DNA from: a virus
Lineage: Duplodnaviria; Caudoviricetes
Strand: one strand, 5' to 3'
Length of the DNA stretch: 29,775 nucleotides
Virus record (IMG/VR): IMGVR_UViG_3300022867_000044
Coordinates: 1 to 29,775 of that record
Below the pieces are notes generated by a model. That model was not told the DNA's origin, searched no databases, and was given only the letters and a program-made list of their open reading frames with translations. This document shows, one piece after another, positions 9,260 to 15,668 of this stretch. Both the position numbers and the translations under genes were made by a program. Numbering within the stretch: position 1 is the first letter of the stretch; each line of letters begins with the position of its first letter.

Positions 9260-9329
9260 GGTCCGCGGTGCTTGGTTCGTGGTGCTTGGTTCGTGGTGTT
9301 TGGTCCGTGTTGCTTGGTTCGTGGTTCAT
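9260..9329. repeat. 7-bp periodic array (GGTGCTT/GGTTCGT variants, 10 units)
   Basis: GGTCCGC GGTGCTT GGTTCGT GGTGCTT GGTTCGT GGTGTTT GGTCCGT GTTGCTT GGTTCGT GGTTCAT. Confidence 0.85.
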
Positions 9330-9338
9330 TGCCCCTGA

Positions 9339-9439
9339 CTATCAATGCCTGGCTCGCGATAGGTTAACGCTATCCGCTATCGATGCCTGGCTCGCGATAG
9401 GTTAACGCTATCCGCTATCGATGCCTGGCTCGCGATAGG
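9339..9439. repeat. 38-bp tandem repeat, ~2.7 copies
   Basis: CTATC(A/G)ATGCCTGGCTCGCGATAGGTTAACGCTATCCG starting at 9339, 9377 and 9415 (partial). Confidence 0.95.
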
Positions 9440-9449
9440 CTTGGTCTAT

Positions 9450-9547
9450 GGATCGCGGCTCACGGCTCACGGCTCACGGCTCACGGCTCACGGCTCACGG
9501 CTCACGGCTCACGGCTCACGGCTCACGGATCACGGCTCACGGATCGC
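9450..9547. repeat. 7-bp tandem array GGCTCAC (14 units, 10 perfect consecutive)
   Basis: GGATCGC, (GGCTCAC)x10 at 9457-9526, GGATCAC, GGCTCAC, GGATCGC. Confidence 0.95.
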
Positions 9548-9551
9548 GAAT

Positions 9552-9567
9552 TGTTTCACGTGGAACA
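9552..9567. promoter_or_regulatory. parS: parS site, copy 2
   Basis: Identical TGTTTCACGTGGAACA. Both copies are preceded by AT, giving an 18-bp direct repeat. Confidence 0.85.
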
Positions 9568-9860
9568 TTGATCACGGTTCGCGGTTCGCGCACCATGGGT
9601 AACGCACCACGGGGAAATAGTGACGGATCAAGGGCAACGGATCACGCGCCTTGTTTACATTCCGTGAACACTAGCACAATATAATCAATCAGTATTCACA
9701 AATCGTGAACACTTGGTTAAACGATTAGGGACAATTAATTTGACTATGATACTTCTCGCATCAATAGAAAAATACAATGACCAGTTAGGTGCTAGGAGTG
9801 TTTTTTGTGTTATCGTGTATTTGTACTTACTTGATTCACTATATATAGAGAGAAAAAATC

Positions 9861-10097
9861 ATGACAACAACTCATTATGACTACGCCATTAACGAAATGT
9901 TCGCTTCAGCTTTGATTACTAATGACTACACTACAGTGACGGATAGCGAATACGCTACACTTGACCAATGGATCGATGATAATGAGATAAGATCAGGCTA
10001 TTGGACTATTGAAGACGATCAACGTGAAACTGCAAAATGCGAGATCACTGGATTGTTGTCCGTTTGCATCACAATTCGTCAATATTTTCGCCGTTAA
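9861..10097 (+). CDS. Small acidic hypothetical protein (early region)
   Basis: 78 aa, preceded by the shared leader TATAGAGAGAAAAAATCATG. Confidence 0.75.
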   Translation: MTTTHYDYAINEMFASALITNDYTTVTDSEYATLDQWIDDNEIRSGYWTIEDDQRETAKCEITGLLSVCITIRQYFRR

Positions 10098-10133
10098 TAC
10101 GGTATTTTTCAAAACTATACAGAGAGAAAAATC

Positions 10134-10460
10134 ATGAAAAAGACAATTAGCTTACACGGCTTTGTTAGCGCGTTTACTGAGATGGGTCGTTATGATCAGT
10201 TTTCGCTTGAGGGTTTAAAAGTCATATATAAATTTATCACTGACCACGAATCAGAAAGCAGTCAAGAAATAGGTCTTGACGTTATCGCGATCTGCTGTGA
10301 AGTCACAGAATCTACACCATCACAAATTTTCGTTGACTATGCTGTCACCGGCATTGACCTAAAAGACCCAAATTTAATGGCGAAAGCCTTTGAGTACTTG
10401 GAATGCAAAACCATTGTTTTGGGACAGACTGAAACAACTATTATTTATTACGAATTTTAA
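10134..10460 (+). CDS. Hypothetical phage protein
   Basis: 108 aa with GRYDQFSLEGL..LDVIAICCE. Shared leader TATACAGAGAGAAAAATCATG. Confidence 0.8.
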   Translation: MKKTISLHGFVSAFTEMGRYDQFSLEGLKVIYKFITDHESESSQEIGLDVIAICCEVTESTPSQIFVDYAVTGIDLKDPNLMAKAFEYLECKTIVLGQTETTIIYYEF

Positions 10461-10473
10461 AGGGGTTACTTTC

Positions 10474-10650
10474 ATGACCATTATTCACTACTATTGTAAA
10501 CACAGACAACAAGGCGATATGCCGCGTTTTTTAATACAGATAGATTCGCCATGCAAGCGTTATAAATTCAGAATAGTCACGATCAACGGCAATTTAATCG
10601 GTTATTTTGATCATTGCGATAGCGCCTTAGCCTATTGCGACTCGCAATAG
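10474..10650 (+). CDS. Small hypothetical protein
   Basis: ATG at 10474 after an AAGGGG RBS gives MTIIHYYCKH... (58 aa). Confidence 0.55.
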   Translation: MTIIHYYCKHRQQGDMPRFLIQIDSPCKRYKFRIVTINGNLIGYFDHCDSALAYCDSQ

Positions 10651-10763
10651 GTACACTCTTGTTTATCAGATTTACCCTTTTAATAGTTATTTTTAATTAG
10701 CGGACAATGCCGGTTTCAAGTTAAATTGGCAGTGTCTCAAACCTATACAGAGAGAGAGAAATC

Positions 10764-11162
10764 ATGAAAGAAATCAAAATCACACAAGCAAACTCGCAAA
10801 AAATTGAAGAAGCTTTGCGAGAAATCAATTTGAAATCTACAGCGCATACGTACACACGCTTTGATCAAGTCGAAAATTTGACGGTAGACGCTGAAAGCAG
10901 ATTGACAAAGCTACTCGGCGCAAAAAAGCATTTTACTGGAGCGATATTTGATGCGATCAGCGGCGCCGCTGTGCCGAGTTCTTACAAATATTTACGTGAT
11001 GCGACGTGTGTTAATTTGGTGCGCAAAGCTGGTGGCTGGTATCTAATCGATGCGGTTTCAACCGTCATCCATAAAGCAGGCGGCAAAAAAATACTTAGTT
11101 TGACATCTGATCAAGACGCTATCGTATGTAAAAAAGTACGTACGAATTACAGTCGCTGTTAG
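10764..11162 (+). CDS. Hypothetical phage protein
   Basis: 132 aa with AVPSSYKY and GGWYLID. Shared leader present. Confidence 0.8.
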   Translation: MKEIKITQANSQKIEEALREINLKSTAHTYTRFDQVENLTVDAESRLTKLLGAKKHFTGAIFDAISGAAVPSSYKYLRDATCVNLVRKAGGWYLIDAVSTVIHKAGGKKILSLTSDQDAIVCKKVRTNYSRC

Positions 11163-11262
11163 ATTGAACACTCAAGCCCGTGCCGGTTTGGCACGGGCAA
11201 CTATGAAGCAATTTTGCTTAAGGCCGCGGCAATCAAGGCCCTAATTAATTCGGAGTTCTAAA

Positions 11263-11487
11263 ATGAAAACAATTTACTGCTTGTTTGATTGCGATCATAA
11301 GGCCATAGGTAACCCCATGGGATATAAAACCGAATCGGCCGCACGTGCAGTCGCCAATAACCCGAAAAATAAAGCTTATGCCTCAATTAAACAGGCATGG
11401 CGCGCTAAAGTTTCAAAATGGGCGTTTTTAGATAACCGTTATCAAAGCTTCGAGCACTGCTATCAGATAGAAACCCTTTATAGATAA
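11263..11487 (+). CDS. Small hypothetical protein
   Basis: 74 aa with a GGAG RBS. Confidence 0.7.
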   Translation: MKTIYCLFDCDHKAIGNPMGYKTESAARAVANNPKNKAYASIKQAWRAKVSKWAFLDNRYQSFEHCYQIETLYR

Positions 11488-11555
11488 AATCAATCCCGCA
11501 AATGCCGCGTTTTGTTATAGTGGCATTGTCTTAAACCATACAGTGAGAAAAAATC

Positions 11556-12290
11556 ATGAGCAAACTACTATCAATCGACACCAACTCAAAGACCGTTAAG
11601 GGCCAAAAACAGGGCTTTATTACCGGTATTCTATATTTAGCACCTGCCGAGTTATCAGGCCGCAATGTATGCGCTAACGCAAAGACGGCCGGATGTACAG
11701 ACGGGTGCTTGAATAAGGCCGGTTTAGGTGGCGTTTACAGTAGCATTCAAGAGGCCAGAATTAGGAAAACTAATTGGTTTTTTGACGATCGCCAAAGCTT
11801 CATGATTCAAATTGTAAAAGACATCGAAGCGTTACAACGCAAGGCCGCCAGGCTTGGCTTGATTCCTGTCGTTCGCCTAAATGGGACTAGTGACATACGG
11901 TGGGAAACCGTGAAATTTGATTACACGTTTGCGCACGACAAAACGCGTTTAGTAACCATTTTCCAATTATTCCCCGACGTGCAGTTTTACGACTACACCA
12001 AACTAAGCAACAGAAAAGACATCCCTTCAAATTACGATTTGACGTTTTCGTTTTCAGGCCGCGAAGCTTACCGGATCCATAACTTGAAAGCGTTCGCACA
12101 AAAGATGCGCGTTGCGGTTGTTTTCCATTCCAAAGACTTGCCTACTGAATTTTTCGGTAAGCATGTGTTGAATGGTGATGAGTCGGACTTGCGGTTTTTG
12201 GATCCGCAAGATTCGATCATAGGGCTGTACGCAAAGGGCCCCGCTAAGAGGGATACCGGCGGGTTTGTTGTTCACTTAGTGCGGGGTTAA
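11556..12290 (+). CDS. GP88-like Cys-motif (putative Fe-S/radical-SAM-related) phage protein
   Basis: ILYLAPA..VC-x7-C-x3-C, VRLNGTSDIRWE, QFYDYTK, YDLTFS, GDESDLRFLDP, AKGPAKRDTGGFV. Family recognised from memory. Confidence 0.7.
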   Translation: MSKLLSIDTNSKTVKGQKQGFITGILYLAPAELSGRNVCANAKTAGCTDGCLNKAGLGGVYSSIQEARIRKTNWFFDDRQSFMIQIVKDIEALQRKAARLGLIPVVRLNGTSDIRWETVKFDYTFAHDKTRLVTIFQLFPDVQFYDYTKLSNRKDIPSNYDLTFSFSGREAYRIHNLKAFAQKMRVAVVFHSKDLPTEFFGKHVLNGDESDLRFLDPQDSIIGLYAKGPAKRDTGGFVVHLVRG

Positions 12291-12292
12291 CC

Positions 12293-12460
12293 ATGGATCA
12301 GGATTTGGCACTACTTACATTGGCCGCAAAGTGTGGCGCATATCAATTGGGATGCATCAGGGCGTTGGCTTTGCTTCAAGATGGCGATGCTACTGACACG
12401 GATGCCATACGTGTAGCGCGTCTTTTGGAAGAGATTTTGAAGGGAAGCGATCATGCGTGA
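12293..12460 (+). CDS. Small hypothetical protein (55 aa)
   Basis: Manual translation MDQDLALLTLAAKCGAYQLG...GSDHA, starting 2 nt after the upstream stop. Confidence 0.6.
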   Translation: MDQDLALLTLAAKCGAYQLGCIRALALLQDGDATDTDAIRVARLLEEILKGSDHA

Positions 12461-12536
12461 AATTCTTAAGGGTATCTTATACGGCGCGGTTATCGGCGTG
12501 CCATTAATTATCGTTCAATTACTTTGGGGGATTTGA
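12453..12536 (+). CDS. 27-aa single-TM peptide
   Basis: MREILKGILYGAVIGVPLIIVQLLWGI, with an AAGGGA RBS, overlapping the upstream stop. Confidence 0.55.
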   Translation: MREILKGILYGAVIGVPLIIVQLLWGI

Positions 12537-12538
12537 TT

Positions 12539-12742
12539 ATGTACGAGGTGCAAACATATACATTTTGTGACGGTTACGTTAACACGTGGCTAAACGCAGA
12601 CGACACACCAAGGCAGTACGCCACACGCAAGCAAGCCAAGGCAGACTTGCGCGATTACTTCGCCGACTGTCAGGGAGCGGTAGACGACGGCGAGATACTT
12701 GATTTTGAGAATGATTTAATTATTGTGAGGGTTGAACTATGA
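12539..12742 (+). CDS. Small acidic hypothetical protein
   Basis: MYEVQTYTFCDGYVNTW..., with a GGGGG RBS before ATG 12539. Confidence 0.7.
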   Translation: MYEVQTYTFCDGYVNTWLNADDTPRQYATRKQAKADLRDYFADCQGAVDDGEILDFENDLIIVRVEL

Positions 12743-12852
12743 CTATGCAAGCCAAAGGAATGCTACAAACAATCAAACGCTTAGTGCTATTCATACTTGC
12801 TCAAGCGGCAATGGGTGCCGTGTTCAAAGACAAGAACAAACGCAAACGCTAA
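12739..12852 (+). CDS. 37-aa hydrophobic/basic peptide
   Basis: ATGA overlap with the upstream gene; MTMQAKGMLQTIKRLVLFILAQAAMGAVFKDKNKRKR. Confidence 0.45.
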   Translation: MTMQAKGMLQTIKRLVLFILAQAAMGAVFKDKNKRKR

Positions 12853-12867
12853 CCGATAAACCCCTAC

Positions 12868-12893
12868 AGCGGCCATTATTGGCCGCTTTTTTT
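12868..12893 (+). terminator. Intrinsic terminator closing the plus-strand early cluster
   Basis: AGCGGCCA-TTAT-TGGCCGCT followed by a T-tract, at the convergence with the minus-strand nuclease gene. Confidence 0.85.
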
Positions 12894-13292
12894 GGTTAGT
12901 TGATAGGCAAGGTCCGACCAGTCAATCGCGGTCAATGTGTAAGACGCGACAGGCTCGAGCTTTACTCCGTGCTCGACCAGATCAAGCGTCTGGTGGTTAC
13001 TGTACAGTCGCAGTGTTGCAGGCTGCTTTGACGTAGGGCTTGGGTGATACTCGACCAAGATGAACGTAGGACAGCCTGCGGTCGCGTGTTTGACGTGGTA
13101 ACTAATCTGATGAGGGGATAGATTCACTTTTAACCCCTTCGCCACCACCTTCAATTCGACCATTAGGAACTTCGAATTTAAAGCTACCAAAAGATCCGGT
13201 GTGCCCAGATTCACCCGCGACTCGATCCGCGTCAATATCGCCTGAGTTAAGTTCCGCTTGATCCTCTGGTAAAGCTTCGCTTCCTGAGTCAT
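12876..13292 (-). CDS. PD-(D/E)XK nuclease, VRR-NUC/Holliday junction resolvase-like
   Basis: EAKLY..TRIES..GTPDLL..MVELK..LSPHQ motif series. ATG at 13292 with GAGG upstream. Confidence 0.8.
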   Translation of the reverse strand: MTQEAKLYQRIKRNLTQAILTRIESRVNLGTPDLLVALNSKFLMVELKVVAKGLKVNLSPHQISYHVKHATAGCPTFILVEYHPSPTSKQPATLRLYSNHQTLDLVEHGVKLEPVASYTLTAIDWSDLAYQLTKKSGQ

Positions 13293-13899
13293 TTTCAATT
13301 GTCCTCACGTCAATATCTTCAATAGTACTCTGAGCACCACCGTAGATTTTTTTGATTTCCTCAAGCTTGCGCATAACTTCTTCTTTGCTCATGCTGTCGA
13401 TGGTTCCATGGCGGATTTCTTTGCGGTCAATATAAATGCTGCCCAAAGCTTGCCCTCTTCGGTACTCCGCGGTCACCGCAGCACCATAGTTTCCCGCTTC
13501 CAATGCCTTATCACGAATATCCATCAAGTCGCGCATATGTCGCTCGTATGTCGTGCCGTACTTTTCGGCCACTTCACGCCGAAATTCCTTGATAGCGGCC
13601 ACTACGTGGGGGTTTTTGACAGGATTCGTGAGTGTGTTGGCCACACGAACAGCCATGTTATCCTGATACCCCGCCCGAAGTGCCGCTTCACGTGGGGTGA
13701 CGTGACCAGAGCCGGCGACAAGTTCTTGTACAAAAGTCCACTCTCGACTGGTCAAGCTTCGCTTCTGGTCTTTCAAGGGACCCACGTCAGTGGCTAGCCG
13801 CTCTTCCATCCGTGGGGAGTACAGTGGGCTTTCCAGTGTCGGATCGTTCTTTAGTGCCTTGGGCTGCCGTCCCCGAGTACGGCCTGATGTCGGACCCAT
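13102..13899 (-). CDS. terS: Terminase small subunit
   Basis: LTSREWTFVQE..PREAALRAGY..NPHVVAAI HTH followed by oligomerisation helices (IRDKALEAGNYGAAVTAE..GQA) and an acidic tail. Confidence 0.8.
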   Translation of the reverse strand: MGPTSGRTRGRQPKALKNDPTLESPLYSPRMEERLATDVGPLKDQKRSLTSREWTFVQELVAGSGHVTPREAALRAGYQDNMAVRVANTLTNPVKNPHVVAAIKEFRREVAEKYGTTYERHMRDLMDIRDKALEAGNYGAAVTAEYRRGQALGSIYIDRKEIRHGTIDSMSKEEVMRKLEEIKKIYGGAQSTIEDIDVRTIENDSGSEALPEDQAELNSGDIDADRVAGESGHTGSFGSFKFEVPNGRIEGGGEGVKSESIPSSD

Positions 13900-14162
13900 T
13901 AAGCGATCCTCCGAGCAACCCAGACAGAATAGTTCGTGGGCATCGGTCGAACAGTAAAGACCCTCGTTGGATACCTACGCTTAAAGCTTTTGAGTGCATT
14001 CCTGACTTTAGTCGCCTGCGCGGCACTATAGACTAAGAAGTAATCATTCACAATTAACGCCTTGAACGGGTAGCGTGAGCGTCCGTTCTTTTCCGCAGGC
14101 ATCGTATGCCCGCGACTGGCGATCCCCGTCCCTTCCACGGGCTTATCAAAATGTCTTGGCAT
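13899..14162 (-). CDS. Small basic putative DNA-binding protein
   Basis: 87 aa with RYPF..NDYFLV..FTVR..VWVARRI. TAATG coupling to terS, GGAG RBS. Confidence 0.7.
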   Translation of the reverse strand: MPRHFDKPVEGTGIASRGHTMPAEKNGRSRYPFKALIVNDYFLVYSAAQATKVRNALKSFKRRYPTRVFTVRPMPTNYSVWVARRIA

Positions 14163-14169
14163 AACAGTC

Positions 14170-14760
14170 TCCTTGATTTGACGTAATAGACACCCGTAAC
14201 GGGCGTAAGCACCGCTACAAGCCTAAATACTACCCTAAAAAGCACCACTAGGCAAGAAAACACCACCAATCCAAGCCCAATCCCCCTCAAATTAGGGCAA
14301 ACATTACGGCAAAAAAACAGAGACGTAATGGCGCGCGTCACGGCAAACCCAGACAAACCGTTAAAAGCCTCGAAACACACCACTAAGGGCAACACTAAGG
14401 GTGCTTACGGCACATTACGTCAAAAAAAATAAACGGGAAGGCAAAACATTACGTCAAACTCTATAAGGGGTGTGTTACATACAATATTAAATATTTCTTA
14501 GGAAAAAAGCCGCGCGCGTACCCCGTAAACTAGATACTTTTATTACGTCATTACGTTACACCAAATCTGACGTAATAAGTACCCACTTGAAGAACCGCAT
14601 GGATAAAGGCTCATTACGGCATTACACTATAGGGGTGTTACGGACGTGTTTTTTTTCGTTTTGTTTTTTTGTATGTAACACACCCCTTACTAGATTCAAC
14701 GTAATGCTGTTTTTCGATTCAACGTAATATGCCGTAATAAGTACCCACTACAAAGCAGAA
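14170..14760. other. Candidate replication origin (iteron-rich divergent intergenic region)
   Basis: Twelve ATTACG/CGTAAT hexamers, a 21-bp perfect inverted repeat, a 17-bp direct repeat and A/T tracts, between divergent transcription units. Confidence 0.6.
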
Positions 14761-14769
14761 AAAAACCTG

Positions 14770-14799
14770 TTGTATTATATTGCGCAACAGTGCTACTAT
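14770..14799 (+). promoter_or_regulatory. Putative sigma70-type promoter
   Basis: TTGTAT-N18-TACTAT with extended -10 TG, overlapped by a CTGTTG...CAACAG dyad, upstream of the 14870 ORF. Confidence 0.45.
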
Positions 14800-14869
14800 T
14801 GCCCTGTAGCGTTTTACACAGTACTTATCACTTACTTTTTGTACCAAACCAAAATACTGGAGAAAGATC

Positions 14870-15169
14870 ATGACACACTTTAAACAACCCTGCCCCGTGG
14901 GCCGTGAAGCGCGACTCACGCCATTTGGCTCTCGCACCCTGCTCCGAGACGCTTCTTACCATCTGTCTGACGCGGAGGTTGCGCGACTGATTGCTGTCTT
15001 GTCCCCTGCCGTTTCTGTGACGGATGAGGGTCCGACTGTTTTTCTGTCTGCCCGCCAGGTGGTGTCAGGTGGCGACACGGCTTTTTATCTTGACTACGAT
15101 GCTGTTGACGAGGTGGAGCCCGACCCTGATTTAAACAGATACTCTGCCCACCCTGACTTTTCCCTGTGA
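14870..15169 (+). CDS. Hypothetical protein
   Basis: 99 aa with a GGAG RBS. Confidence 0.65.
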   Translation: MTHFKQPCPVGREARLTPFGSRTLLRDASYHLSDAEVARLIAVLSPAVSVTDEGPTVFLSARQVVSGGDTAFYLDYDAVDEVEPDPDLNRYSAHPDFSL

Positions 15170-15191
15170 ACCGACAAGACTGGAGAAACAC

Positions 15192-15668
15192 ATGCCAAAA
15201 AAGCCCCCTTACAAGATGCCCAAGCCTGTTTTCAGGTACCCTGTTGCACCACCCACTTCCCAGACAGCTGTAACCACCACCCAGACCGTCACACAGCCCG
15301 CTGGTGAGCCGCAAAGCCTGTCCTTGGATGGTAGGAGTCCTTTGCCTCCAAAACCGCTTAAAAAGCCCCCTTCTATGAACCCCCCACCAAACCCTTCTGC
15401 ACCCCCGCCCGAAGCTCCCAAGGCTCCCAAAAGATCCCCCGATCCGTACGAGTCGTTTACGCTTGATTTGGTGGTTTTGCACGTCCGGTTGCCCTTGTCC
15501 CTGAAGCGTGAAGTCCGGTTCGCGGCCCGTGCCTCTGGCGTCACGCTCTCGGCTTACGTGCGTGCTTGTCTGGTCAATGCCCTGCCTCCTGCCCCTGAGA
15601 AGCGCGTAGGGGCTCTAGGACACGTCTATCGGCGTCTGGTCGTGTGGTTTGCTGGGGTGAGATTCTAA
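15192..15668 (+). CDS. Pro-rich protein with C-terminal ribbon-helix-helix (Arc/CopG/HicB-like) domain
   Basis: VLHVRLPLSLKREVRFAARASGVTLSAYVRACL fits the RHH pattern. GGAG RBS; TAATG coupling to the MTase. Confidence 0.7.
   Translation: MPKKPPYKMPKPVFRYPVAPPTSQTAVTTTQTVTQPAGEPQSLSLDGRSPLPPKPLKKPPSMNPPPNPSAPPPEAPKAPKRSPDPYESFTLDLVVLHVRLPLSLKREVRFAARASGVTLSAYVRACLVNALPPAPEKRVGALGHVYRRLVVWFAGVRF

Noticed and set aside
9339-9439. CRISPR array
   Set aside because: The 38-bp units are head-to-tail with no unique spacers, and there are no cas genes.
9448-9684. ORF with GSRLTAH repeats
   Set aside because: It is the translation of the 7-bp DNA array, with no clear RBS.
13685-13698. Third parS-like site (CTTCACGTGGGG)
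   Set aside because: Only the core matches, the outer arms are missing, and it lies within terS coding sequence.
14054-14395. Hydrophobic 113-aa ORF, and the 14719-14937 ORF
   Set aside because: Both run through the repeat-rich origin-like region with non-ATG or weak starts and overlap better-supported genes.
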